From Macrostomum lignano (lineage: Eukaryota): a stretch of DNA of 64,000 nucleotides. A model generated the notes under the pieces. The model saw only the letters and a list, made by a program, of their open reading frames with translations. It had not been told where the DNA came from and searched no databases. Both the position numbers and the translations under genes were made by a program. Below are positions 1 through 11,385 of the stretch, piece by piece. How positions within the stretch are numbered: position 1 is the stretch's first letter; every line of letters begins with the position of its first letter. The stretch is taken from contig NIVC01002283.1 of NCBI GenBank assembly GCA_002269645.1, positions 1 to 64,000 on the forward strand, given 5' to 3'.

Positions 1-1099
1 GGGAAAGCCTCATCACCGACAATTGCAAATGGCATGACGAGGCTGCTGCCAGAAATGCAGGAAGGCTCCGGGACTTTCACCGATCCAGACTCCAATCCAG
101 CGTACAAGGCTGAACGTGAGAAGACTCCAGCGTCTCCTCTCCCTGCGCTGCCACTCTCTATGTACGTGAAGATAGTTACTGTCGCACATGGCGAGTACCA
201 GTGAGCTGAACTGTTGCTTGAATTGAAGTACTGGGAGCCGGTGTTTCTTGGACAATGAACCTTGAAATGCTTGCCGTCAATTGCACCGAGGCAGTTCGGA
301 AAATGCCACTTTTCCCAGAATCCACCAGCGATTGCTTTCCATTCTTCTGCAGATGCAGGAAACTTTAGATATGTTGACGCCAGCTTGTCGTAGATGGCAA
401 TCGCAGTCTCGAACGACCCCTGACACAGTAGAGCGTCCTCGGCCAAATCGAAACGACAAGTCGGCTTGGCTGCAACCCGAAGCCAGGTAGCAAAGCGTCA
501 TCATTAGCTTCTCCTCTGCCGGAACGGCCTCTCTTCTTGCACATGGCCTGGAGAGTTTGGTTGCAACCAGTGAAAGCAGATGCTCAAACCGAGCCGGGCG
601 CATGCGCATATACTTGAAGTACATCTCCGAGTCTCTATCTCGCAGATGTGGGATCAATCCGGCAAACTCGCCAAGCTCTTCTCTTCGTTGATGACTCGGT
701 CTCCGCCACCATCGCTAGGGCGGCGGCCTTGCCTGATCAGCCTACGATGTTGCAGTATCGTTACGATTGCCAGTAGCAGTAGCTTCTTGGCTCGTGAAAG
801 CATGTTTGAAATCTGAAAGCTGGTCACGGCTTTCTGGTCAAGATTTCTTAGATTGAAAACGCCCTGTCCGAAGCACAGATAGGGCTAGCACTAGACTGAA
901 TTACTTTATATACTCGTAACAGTGGCCAAGGGTCAAATATTGCCTATTATCTTCGCGGGTTAAATTGAACTGCATGGCGATGCATCTATTTGAGGGCGAT
1001 AGTAGCACCCGCTAGTAGTGGTCGCGCTGAGCTAGTAGATTTCTGAAAATCAGCTATTAGCTGTGAGCGTCAGCTATTTGCGGAAATGTGAACCAGGCT
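1..1099 (-). mobile_element. PIF/Harbinger DNA transposon, 5' part, with frameshifted HARBI1-like DDE transposase (runs off the window start)
   Basis: Minus-strand frames join across several 1-bp frameshifts into RWWRRPSHQRREELGEF..LRDRDSEMYFKYMRM..EEKLMMTLCYLASG..FGRGRSTVS..WEKWHFPNCLGAIDGKH..QYFN.KQQFSSLVLAMCDSNY, the typical Harbinger nuclease with its first catalytic Asp in DGKH. Candidate terminus AGCCTGGTTCACA (minus) ends at 1099 next to TTA (1100-1102). The other end is outside the window, so the terminus is unconfirmed. Confidence 0.85.
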
Positions 1100-1196
1100 T
1101 TAGAGGTTATTGTCAAAAATTGCATTGTTCAAGCCTGCTACAATTACAATCTTAATCTTCAATTTAATCTCCGGATTCGTCTCCTCAATTCCCCAG

Positions 1197-1901
1197 GCCC
1201 GCCAGCACAACATGGCGGACGTGTCGGCGAAGGACGCATCCCAGGAGACGCTGGTGAACCTGGTGGGCTGGTAGTCAACCTGACCTTCGTGCCGCTCATC
1301 ACTGGCCCGGTGGCCGTCCCAGTCTTCATCATTTTCACCTCCGGTCATATATTTGGCAATTGGTGCGCTGTCCGCTCCGTTGCCATGGAAACGCTGAACC
1401 CCAGCCGGCTTCACCTGGTGGTTGTCAGCTTTGTGGCCAGTGGCGGCCGCGCCTGCTCCGGGGTCGCCGAGGTGAACCAGTCCGAGCCGCTGCTCCGCTC
1501 CTGCGCCGCGCCGCTCCGCCTCGGCTGCCCACTGAGCGCCCCTGCCGCCGCGCTGCCTGCCGACCGCCTCGTCGACGGCCTTCGCCAGCAGCGGCACCGG
1601 CGGCTCGCCGTCTTCACCGGAGCGTCGAGCTACTATGCGGTTCTGGCCGAGGACGCGACCTCCGCTGATCAGCTGCTGGCCGTCTTCCAGTGCGAGCTGA
1701 TCCACCTGGCCAGGACCCGGCCGAAACTGTTTGACGCCGTCGGCGGCTGCTCCGAGCTTCGGGCTGGCGATGCGGCCGCTGCCGCCACGGCCGAGCGCTG
1801 ATGCCGGACTTTCTGGGCGCGCTGTCAAAGGCAGGCTGGAGCACCGAGCCGCTGCTACTGGGCGCGGGCAGCACCGCCTGACCTGGTCCAAGTCCTTCTA
1901 A
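1197..1901 (+). pseudogene. RUSF1: Duplicate of the RUSF1 terminal exon with three 1-bp deletions (paralog exon, pseudo-exon or assembly-error copy)
   Basis: Acceptor ccccag at 1191-1196, then ARQHNMADVSAKDASQETLVNL...WSKSF*. It is 705 nt versus 708 nt for exon 5410-6117 and nearly identical to it from about 1370 onward. Confidence 0.85.
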
Positions 1902-2029
1902 ACTGGCACAGCCCCACTGGCTCCCTATTTTGATTTACCACTGTATTGATGCGATGTTATTTGAGATCCCTTTTACATGCATCACGATTTTCTGTCCAAT
2001 GTGTAAGTCAGAAGATTTGGATTCCCCTG

Positions 2030-2250
2030 TCTTAGGATTGGAATTCCCTTATCGCAAGATTGGGATTCCCCTATCGCAGGATTAGGATTCCCCTATCGCA
2101 GGATTGGGATTCCTCTATCGCAGATTGGGATTCCCCTATCGCAGGATTGGATTCCCCTATCGCAGGATTGTGATTCCCCTATGTCTTAGGATTGGAATTC
2201 CCTATCGCAGGATTGGATTCCCCTATCGCAGGATTAGGATTCCGTCATGG
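2030..2250. repeat. 21-22 bp minisatellite (GGGATTCCCCTATCGCAGGATT)
   Basis: Degenerate tandem copies; a related GATTGGGATTCCCCAACTCA array follows the other RUSF1 copy at 6135-6365. Confidence 0.9.
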
Positions 2251-2689
2251 GATTCCCAGTCTCAAGCTTCCTACTCTAACTGTTAAATTCATACTCGTAT
2301 CGCTTTTGATTTCGCACACAAGTGCGCATGGGATTCAAAAAATTACTACAAGGACTGTTAGAAAATTTATTGTTACTGTTATTGCTGTTATTCACTATTA
2401 TCGTTTTCGAGTTTCATTAATTATCAGAAAATTTTGTGCTGAATATTCTTATCGTTTTTACCATTTTTGCGTGAATATTACTTGAGCAGATTAGGAAATT
2501 TTTTAGTCCTAAATTTTGATTGTACAGCCACGCGCCTTACCGATTTTACTGTTGGCTTTTGGATTTCCACCTTTTCTGACTGCCGCAACACAACAGCATT
2601 TGCTGCCTGCATGCTTTCTCTGCTGCAGATCTTTATTAAGTTCAGGAAGCTTTTCGTCTTGCTTTGTCGTGCTTAGATAGACCTACAGG

Positions 2690-3345
2690 TAAATTAGGTA
2701 GAGCTGTAGGCAATCTAGGTAGAGCTGTAGGCAGTTTAGGTAGAGCTGTAGGCAGTTTAGGTAGAGCTGTAGGCAGTTTAGGTAGAACTGTAGGCAGTTT
2801 AGGTAGAGCTGTAGGCAGTTTAGATAGAGCTGTAGGCAGTTTAGGTAGAGCTGTAGGCAGTTTAGGTAGAGCTGTAGGCAGTTTAGGTAGAGCTGTAGGC
2901 AGTTTAGGTAGAACTGTAGTTACTTTAGGTAGAGCTGTAGGCAGTTTAGGTAGAGCTGTAGGCAGTTTAGATAGAGCTGTAGGCAGTTTAGGTAGAGCTG
3001 TAGGCAGTTTAGATAGAGCTGTAGGCAGTTTAGGTAGAGCTGTAGGCAGTTTAGGTAGAGCTGTAGGCAGTTTAGGTAGAGCTGTAGGCAGTTTAGGTAG
3101 AGCTGTAGGCAGTTTAGGTAGAGCTGTAGGCAGTTTAGGTAGAGCTGTAGGCAGTTTAGGTAGAGCTGTAGTTAGTTTAGGTAGAGCTGTAGTTAGTTTA
3201 GGTAGAGCTGTAGTTAGTTTAGGTAGAGCTGTAGTTAGTTTAGGTAGAGCTGTAGTTAGTTTAGGTAGAGCTGTAGTTAGTTTAGGTAGAGCTGTAGGCA
3301 GTTTAGGTAGAGCTGTAGGCAGTTTAGATAGAGTTGTAGGTAGTT
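2690..3345. repeat. 21-bp minisatellite (TTAGGTAGAGCTGTAGGCAGT)
   Basis: About 30 tandem units; source of the spurious LGRAVGS ORF. Confidence 0.97.
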
Positions 3346-3510
3346 AATGATGTACAAATCATACTTGTAAATTTAAATTATACTTGCTACCTGTGTTAGT
3401 ATAAGTAGTATGCATTATAGCATATCAAAAAGTGGCTACAATTTTATGCAAGCAATACTTGCATTCGAAGCTGATTCCCAGTGGCCTGGTAGATCCCTGC
3501 TGCAACTGCG

Positions 3511-6117
3511 ATGACTGCGGAGCCGCTGTTACTAAAGGAAGTTACTGACAGCTCCAGTGAAGCAACAGAATATGTTCTCACGCAGCAGAAGTTGCTCATC
3601 AAAGGCAAAAAACGAAAGTTTGACGGCTTTGTTAGCACCGCCAAGGTACGAGATTAAGATTGCTGTTTGTAGTAGGCTGCTCTTCCCCGAATCCCCTGAT
3701 TCCAGTTTCTACCTGAGTTAATACCCTGTTCGCTGTTCTTAATATATTTCTGAGCTAATCCTCTGATCCCAATTTCCGCCTGAGCTAATCCTCTGATCCC
3801 AATTTCCACCTAAACTAATCCTCTGATCCCAGTTTCCACCTGAACAAATCCTCTGATCCCAGTTTCCACCTGAACAAATCCTCTGATCCCAGTTTCCACC
3901 TGAACAAATCCTCTGATCCCAGTTTCCACCTGAACAAATCCTCTGATCCCAGTTTCCACCTGAACAAATCCTCTGATCCCAGTTTCCACCTGAACAAATC
4001 CTCTGATCCCAGTTTCCACCTGAACAAATCTTCTGATCCCAGTTTCCACCTGAACTAATCCTCTGATCCCAATTTCCACCTGAACAAATCCTCTGATCCC
4101 AGTTTCCACCTGAACAAATCCTCTGATCCCAATTTCCACCTGAACAAATCCTCTGATCCCAATTTCCACCTGAACAAATCCTCTGATCCCAGTTTCCACC
4201 TGAACAAATCCTCTGATCCCAATTTCCACCTGAACAAATCCTCTGATCCCAATCTCCACCTGAGCTAATCCTCTGATCCCAATCTCCACCTGAGCTAATC
4301 CTCTGATCCCAACTTCCACGAGCTAATCCCTGATCCCTATTCCCAACTGAGCTAATTCTGGCCTTAATTCCAATCCACCTGATCAAGCCATCCTTGCCAT
4401 CCACCAGGTCATCAGAGCGCAACCTCGTCTCTCCCTCATCCCGATCTTCAGGACGTCTTCCTGCCGCAGGGCTACCCGGACTCGGTGTCTGCGGACTACC
4501 TGACCTACCAGATGTGGGACACCGCCCAGGCCTTCTGCTCCTCTGTCACAGGCGCCCTGGCCGGCCGGGCCGTCCTGACCGGCTACGGTGTCGGCGACCA
4601 GGGCGCCTCGGTGGCGGCCGCCACCCTCGCCTGGCTGCTGCGCGACGGCTGCGGCATGGTGGGCCGCATCCTGTTCGCCTGGCTGTACGGCACCGCTCTG
4701 GACTGGGACTGCAAGCGCTACCGGCTGCTGGCGGATGTGCTGAACGACTTGGCCATCCTGATGCAGCTGCTCTGCCCGCTGGCCGGGCCGCCCGGCTCGC
4801 CTACCGTGGCTGCCGTCCTGTGCGTCGCCTCCGTGCTGCTGTCGCTGGTTGGAGTTTGCGGCGGCGCCACCAGGGCGGCGCTCACGATGCACCAGGTGTG
4901 CGCCCAGGGTGCTGGCTCTGATGACTGAAGATCTCAGATGGAGAAATTGACACATTTTCCTCGATTCCCGATAATCACCTGATCCCCTGATAAGAATCAC
5001 CTGATCCCCTGATGAGAATCACCTGATCCCCTGATGAGAATCACATATCCCCTGATGAAAATCACCTGATCCCCTGATGAGAATCACCTGATCCCCTGAT
5101 GAGAATCATCTGATCCCCTGATGAGAATCACCTGATCCCCTGATGAGAATCGCCTGATCCCCTGATGAGAATCGCCTGATCCCCTGATGAGAATCACCTG
5201 ATCCCCTGATGAGAATCGCCTGATCCCCTGATGAGAATCACCTGATCCCCTGATGAGAATCGCCTGATCCCCTGATGAGAATAGCCTGATCCCTTGATGA
5301 GAATCGCCTCATCCTATGATGAGAATCGCGAATAAATCTGTAAATTAATGTAGCGTAAAAATCGACCAGGTAAACTGCGGGCTCACCCAAGTCCCCTCCC
5401 GCTCCCCAGGCGCGCAGGCACAACATGGCGGACGTGTCGGCTAAGGACTCATCCCAGGAGACGCTGGTGAACCTGTTCGCCCTGCTGTTCAATTTGGCCT
5501 TCGTGCCGCTCATCACTGGCGGAGCAGCCGTGCTCGCCTACCTGCTGTTCACCTTTGGCCACCTGTACTTTAATTGGCGCGCCGTCCGCTCCGTTGCCAT
5601 GGAAACGCTGAACCCCAGCCGGCTTCACCTGGTGGTTGTCAGCTTCGTGGCCAGTGGCGGCCGCGCCTGCTCCGGGGTCGCCGAGGTGAACCAGTCCGAG
5701 CCGCTGCTCCGCTCCTGCGCCGCGCCGCTCCGCCTCGGCTGCCCACTGAGCGCCCCTGCCGCCGCGCTGCCTGCCGACCGCCTCGTCGACGGCCTTCGCC
5801 AGCAGCGGCACCGGCGGCTCGCCGTCTTCACCGGAGCGTCGAGCTACTATGTGGTTCTGGCCGAGGACGCGACCTCCGCTGATCAGCTGCTGGCCGTCTT
5901 CCAGTGCGAGCTGATCCACCTGGCCAGGACCCGGCCGAAACTGTTTGACGCCGTCGGCGGCTGCTCCGAGCTTCGGGCTGGCGATGCGGCCGCTGCCGCC
6001 ACGGCCGAGCGGCTGATGCCGGACTTTCTGGGCGCGCTGTCAAAGGCAGGCTGGAGCACCGAGCCGCTGCTACTGGGCGCCGGGCAGCACCGCCTTGTCT
6101 GGTCCAAGTCCGCTTGA
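3511..6117 (+). CDS. RUSF1: RUS1/DUF647 family membrane protein (RUSF1/C16orf58), 428 aa, exons 3511-3645, 4452-4895, 5410-6117
   Basis: GT-AG junctions, all phase 0, give ...STAK|DVFLPQGYPDSVSADYLTYQMWDTAQAF...GGATRAALTMHQ|ARRHNMADVSAKDSSQETLVNL..., the hallmark RUS1-family motifs. Exon 1 (MTAEPLLL...) is less certain than exons 2-3. Confidence 0.93.
3750..4330. repeat. 30-bp minisatellite in RUSF1 intron 1 (TGAACAAATCCTCTGATCCCAGTTTCCACC)
   Basis: About 19 tandem units. Confidence 0.97.
4975..5310. repeat. 22-bp minisatellite in RUSF1 intron 2 (TGATCCCCTGATGAGAATCACC)
   Basis: About 15 tandem units. Confidence 0.96.
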
Positions 6118-6134
6118 GAGAGCGTGATTATGAT

Positions 6135-6365
6135 TCCTTGGGATTCATTGGGATTTCCCACTTCTGATTGGATTCCCCAACTCAGATTGGGATTCCCCAA
6201 CTCTGATTTCCTCAATTAGATTGGGATTTCCCAACTCAGATTGGATTCGCCAACTCAGATTTCCCCAACTCAGATTGGATTCCCCCGCTTCGATTGGGAT
6301 TCCCTAACTTCGATAGGGATTCCCCAGCTTTGATTGGGATTCTTCAAATCAGATTAGGATTCCCC
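6135..6365. repeat. Degenerate ~20-bp minisatellite (GATTGGGATTCCCCAACTCA) 3' of RUSF1
   Basis: Repeated GGGATTCCCC cores directly after the stop codon. Confidence 0.85.
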
Positions 6366-6719
6366 AACTTAAACTGGATTCTCGTATTTATTTATTAAAT
6401 AGAAAAGCTGGGAATTCTGGGGTTTCGTCTAGTCATTTGTCTTTTTATGGGATTCGAATACTTTAGCTGTATAGCTTTGTTATTTGCTTTTACCGGCTTT
6501 GTGATCGCCTGAACTCATTGACTGAGAGCGTCACTGCTTACTGTTTTGCTGGCTCACACCGCTGCCAAAGTACATAGTAAACCTTGGGTGCAGCTCAATT
6601 TTCTGATTCGTTCATCGCATGTTTTTTATTCACTGTTTATTTGCTAGAAAGCCCTGCTAGAATTGCCCTCATTCCCCAATGAAATCCTCCCAGTCCCCAG
6701 GAAAATCACTTCTTGTACC

Positions 6720-7075
6720 CAGGAAAATCGCCCCCCCAGTTTTCAGGAAAATCGCCCCTGTCTTCAGGAAAATCGCCCCTGTCTTCAGGAAAATCGCCCC
6801 CTGTCTTCAGGAAAATCGTCCCCTGTCTTCAGGAAAATCGTCCCCTGTCTTCAGGAAAATCGTCCCCTGTCTTCAGGAAAATCGCCCCAGTCTTCAGGAA
6901 AAGCGCCCCCAGTCTTCAGGAAAAGCGCCCCCAGTCTTCAGGAAAAGCGCCCCCAGTCTTCAGGAAAAGCGCCCCCTGTCTTCAGGAAAAGCGCCCCCTG
7001 TCTTCAGGAAAATCGCCCCCAGTCCTCAAGAAAATCAGGAAAATCGCCTCCAGTCCTCAAGAAAATCGCCTCCAA
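6720..7075. repeat. 21-22 bp minisatellite (CTTCAGGAAAATCGCCCCTGT)
   Basis: Tandem units immediately 5' of the GC-rich ORF at 7131. Confidence 0.95.
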
Positions 7076-7130
7076 TCCCCAGACTCCGGCCGCCCTCCAG
7101 TTCCAGCCGAGAGCCGCTGTCCAGCTCAGC

Positions 7131-7616
7131 ATGCAGCACCTGTCGCCGCCCCTGCCTTCGTCGCCCAGCGGCCCCTCCAACCCCCGCCGCCGGATCGTGT
7201 TCGACAGCCGCCGCTCCGACCGCGCCGCGACGTCAGCCGGCATCGCCGAGCAGTTCAAAGCGGACTTGACGGCGATGGAGGCCGCGGATTCCGCTGCGAT
7301 CGCCGCCGCCTACGGGCCGCTGCAGCCGGCCGCCGTCGAGCTGCCGACTTTCTACAGCAGCAGCGGCTGCGCCGGCGCAGTCAAGGTGCACCAAAACCCA
7401 CCAGAGGCGCAGCAGGCGCTCGTTCGGCAGCCGATGTTGCAGCTGAGCATCACGGAGACATTCCGGCTTCTCCGCAGGAAGCGACCCGTCGGCGCGGCCG
7501 CGGAGCAATGCGAGAAACGCCGCCGGCAGCCGTTGCCGTCGTCGATGCCGCCAACGAAAAAATTGCCGTCGCTGCGGAAGTCCAAGACCTCTGGAGCGAA
7601 GGCGGCGGGCGTTTGA
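7131..7616 (+). CDS. 161-aa GC-rich ORF, candidate divergent CIP/KIP-type CDK inhibitor with a PIP-degron-like motif
   Basis: Non-repetitive coding-like GC island between two satellites. Motif order RRRIVF ... ELPTFY ... QLSITETFRLLRRKR resembles the cyclin-binding, LPEFY and PIP-degron motifs of CIP/KIP proteins. The WNFDF core is missing and the start codon is uncertain. Confidence 0.5.
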   Translation: MQHLSPPLPSSPSGPSNPRRRIVFDSRRSDRAATSAGIAEQFKADLTAMEAADSAAIAAAYGPLQPAAVELPTFYSSSGCAGAVKVHQNPPEAQQALVRQPMLQLSITETFRLLRRKRPVGAAAEQCEKRRRQPLPSSMPPTKKLPSLRKSKTSGAKAAGV

Positions 7617-7719
7617 AGGCTTTTGGTAGTTGCGGATTCCCTGGCCTTTGGCGCCGCCGTCCTGCTGTCGCTTGTTGGATCTGCGGTCACGACTTGCTTG
7701 GGCCATTCTAAACACTCTA

Positions 7720-8700
7720 GCTCATCCCGCCTCTCACTCCCGCCTCTCACTCCCGCCTCTCACTCCCGCCTCACTCCCGCCTCTCACTCCCGCCTCTCAC
7801 TCCCGCCTCACTCCCGCCTCTCACTCCCGCCTCTCACTCCCGCCTCTCACTCCCGCCTCTCACTCCCGCCTGTCACTCCGGCCTCTCACTCCCGCCTCTC
7901 ACTCCGCCTGTCACTCCCGCCTCTCACTCCCGCCTGTCACTCCCGCCTCTCACTCCCGCCTGTCACTCCGGCCTCACTCCCGCCTCTCACTCCCGCCTGT
8001 CACTCCGGCCTCACTCCCGCCTCTCACTCACGCCTCACTCCCGCCTCTCACTCCCGCCTCTCACTCCCGCCTCTCACTCCCGCCTCACTCCCGCCTCTCA
8101 CTCCCGCCTCTCAATCCCGCCTCTCACTCCCGCCTCTCACTCCCGCCTCTCACTCCCGCCTCACTCCCGCCTCTCAATCCCGCCTCTCAATCCCGCCTCT
8201 CACTCCCGCCTCTCACTCCCGCCTCTCACTCCCGCCTCGCTCCCGCCTCTCACTCCCGCCTCTCACTCCCGCCTCTCACTCCCGCCTGTCACTCCGGCCT
8301 CTCACTCCCGCCTGTCACTCCGGCCTCTCACTCCCGCCTCTCACTCCCGCCTCTCACTCCCGCCTCTCACTCACGCCTCACTCCCGCCTCTCACTCCCGC
8401 CTCTCACTCACGCCTCTCACTCCCGCCTCACTCCCGCCTCTCACTCACGCCTCACTCCCGCCTCTCACTCCCGCCTCTCACTCCCGCCTGTCACTCCGGC
8501 CTCTCACTCCCGCCTGTCACTCCGGCCTCTCACTCCCGCCTCTCACTCCCGCCTGTCACTCCCGCCTCTCACTCCCGCCTGTCACTCCCGCCTCTCACTC
8601 CCGCCTGTCACTCCGGCCTCACTCCCGCCTCTCACTCCCGCCTGTCACTCCGGCCTCACTCCCGCCTGTCACTCCGGCTCTCACTCCCGCCTGTCACCCC
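7720..8700. repeat. 11/13-bp satellite (CTCTCACTCCCGC / CTCACTCCCGC)
   Basis: About 1 kb of mixed 11- and 13-mers. Confidence 0.97.
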
Positions 8701-9399
8701 TGCCCCTGAAAGCTTAGCTGTAGCTGTGCAGCAGTCCAGAGGCTCAGCAGACACAGGGAGTCCCATCTGCGGCCGCTTCTTCAATTTTACTGTCCCGTTT
8801 GTTTCTGTAGTTTTCTCGCTGCCTGGGCGGTGATGGCTGCTTCAAATTAAAGCTGTTAAGAGGGCCGAGAGCAAGTGCTGCTTTTTTCCTATTTATTTAT
8901 TTATTTATTTATTTAAGTTTACTTCAGTTCGCCATGTTTTTGCCAAGTTTTTTAAGGCTCTGTTTATATTCTATGCTTGCTTTTTCATACGTTAGCCTTT
9001 TTCTATCAGCATTGCCTAGTATTAATATCTATAGTTTATATTTTGCCTCAGGCGGGCACTCCTAGCGGCCTACAAGTTTATGGCACATTTTTTCTACATC
9101 TCGTTGCATTTGCACAGTTTTTCTGCCCCCAATTTTTCCCCATTTTTTATTATGTGAAATTGAAAACAAAAACTGCCTATCCCGCCTCAGTTTTCTCCAG
9201 CGGAAGCCTGGCTTCGGCCATCTCTGTCACTTTTCTGCAGTTTATTGGCGCCCTGCTGTCAGCAAAAATTAAACACTTTATTCTGTTTCTCACCTGCTCT
9301 GCTCTTCAGTGCGTCTTTTCGACTTTAAACCTTCAGCCTCGCAGTGTCTACAGCCCCGCAGCCCGGCCATATAGCCTAGATCAATTTTATTCCTGCATC

Positions 9400-11002
9400 C
9401 ATGATAGGCTGGATTAGCAATCCATTCTATTCCTGCACCCATGATAGGCTAGATTAGCAATCCATTCTATTCCTGCATCCATGATAGGCTAGATTAGCAA
9501 TCCATTCTATTCCTGCACCCATGATAGGCTAGATTAGCAATCCATTCTATTCCTGCACCCATGATAGGCTAGATTAGCAATCCATTCTATTCCTGCATCC
9601 ATGATAGGCTAGATTAGCAATCCATTCTATTCCTGCACTCATGATAGGCTAGATTAGCAATCCATTCTATTCCTGCACCCATGATAGGCTAGATTAGCAA
9701 TCCATTCTATTCCTGCACCCATGATAGGCTAGATTAGCAATCCATTCTATTCCTGCACCCATGATAGGCTAGATTAGCAATCCATTCTATTCCTGCATCC
9801 ATGATAGGCTAGATTAGCAACCATTCTATTCCTGCACCTATGATAGGCTAGATTAGCAATCCATTCTATTCCTGCACCCATGATAGGCTAGATTAGCAAT
9901 CCATTCTATTCCTGCATCCATGATAGGCTAGATTAGCAATCCATTCTATTCCTGCACTCATGATAGGCTAGATTAGCAATCCATTCTATTCCTGCACCCA
10001 TGATAGGCTAGATTAGCAATCCATTCTATTCCTGCACCCATGATAGGCTAGATTAGCAATCCATTCTATTCCTGCACCCATGATAGGCTAGATTAGCAAT
10101 CCATTCTATTCCTGCATCCATGATAGGCTAGATTAGCAACCCATTCTATTCCTGCACCTATGATAGGCTAGATTAGCAATCCATTCTATTCCTGCACCCA
10201 TGATAGGCTAGATTAGCAATCCATTCTATTCCTGCATCCATGATAGGCTAGATTAGCAATCCATTCTATTCCTGCACCCATGATAGGCTAGATTAGCAAT
10301 CCATTCTATTCCTGCACCCATGATAGGCTAGATTAGCAATCCATTCTATTCCTGCATCCATGATAGGCTAGATTAGCAATCCATTCTATTCCTGCATCCA
10401 TGATAGGCTGGATTAGCAACCCATTCTATTCCTGCACCCATGATAGGCTAGATTAGCAATCCATTCTATTCCTGCATCCATGATAGGCTAGATTAGCAAC
10501 CCATTCTATTCCTGCACCCATGATAGGCTAGATTAGCAATCCATTCTAATCCTGCATCCATGATAGGCTAGATTAGCAATCCATTCTATTCCTGCACCCA
10601 TGATAGGCTAGATTAGCAATCCATTCTATTCCTGCATCCATGATAGGCTAGATTAGCAATCCATTCTATTCCTGCACCCATGATAGGCTAGATTAGCAAT
10701 CCATTCTATTCCTGCACCCATGATAGGCTAGATTAGCAATCCATTCTATTCCTGCATCCATGATAGGCTAGATTAGCAATCCATTCTATTCCTGCACCCA
10801 TGATAGGCTAGATTAGCAATCCATGATAGGCTGGATTAGCAATCCATGATAGGCTGGATTAGCAATCCATGATAGGCTGGATTAGCAATCCATGATAGGC
10901 TGGATTAGCAATCCATGATAGGCTGGATTAGCAATCCATGATAGGCTGGATTAGCAATCCATGATAGGCTGGATTAGCAATCCATGATAGGCTGGATTAG
11001 CA
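9400..11002. repeat. 40-bp minisatellite (ATGATAGGCTAGATTAGCAATCCATTCTATTCCTGCACCC) switching at ~10820 to a 23-bp derivative
   Basis: Period 40 is visible in the line alignment; the last ~180 bp repeat ATCCATGATAGGCTGGATTAGCA. Confidence 0.97.
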
Positions 11003-11056
11003 ATTCTCAGCTGCAGCGCAGCAGGTGCCACCCGCCCCAGTTGCAGCCGCACAGCC

Positions 11057-11350
11057 ATGTACGCCAATCAGGACCACTGGGAGGCCGGGCGACGCGAGCG
11101 ACACTTTGCCAAGAAGGCGTTCGAGCAGCTGCAGAAGCGGGTGAGGCAATTATAGGGATTAAGAAAGGAATATGATTGATGAAAAAAGTTTTTTTTAAGT
11201 TTTTAATGAGCAAAATGAGTTCCCCATCTGCCTCCTGATTGACTGCAAGGCATGGCGTGTTCTGAGCAGTCTCTGCTCTGCATCCGTCCTTAGCTGCGTG
11301 TTGCACTTTAGCTAAGCGCATTGTCTTTATCTTATTGTCTGCAGGGCCCT

Positions 11351-11385
<35 letters not shown>

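Noticed and set aside
2030-6365. GGGATTCCCC NF-kB consensus sites in the arrays after both RUSF1 copies
   Set aside because: A short motif match only, with no evidence that the factor exists or acts in this organism; kept out of the motif-array finding.
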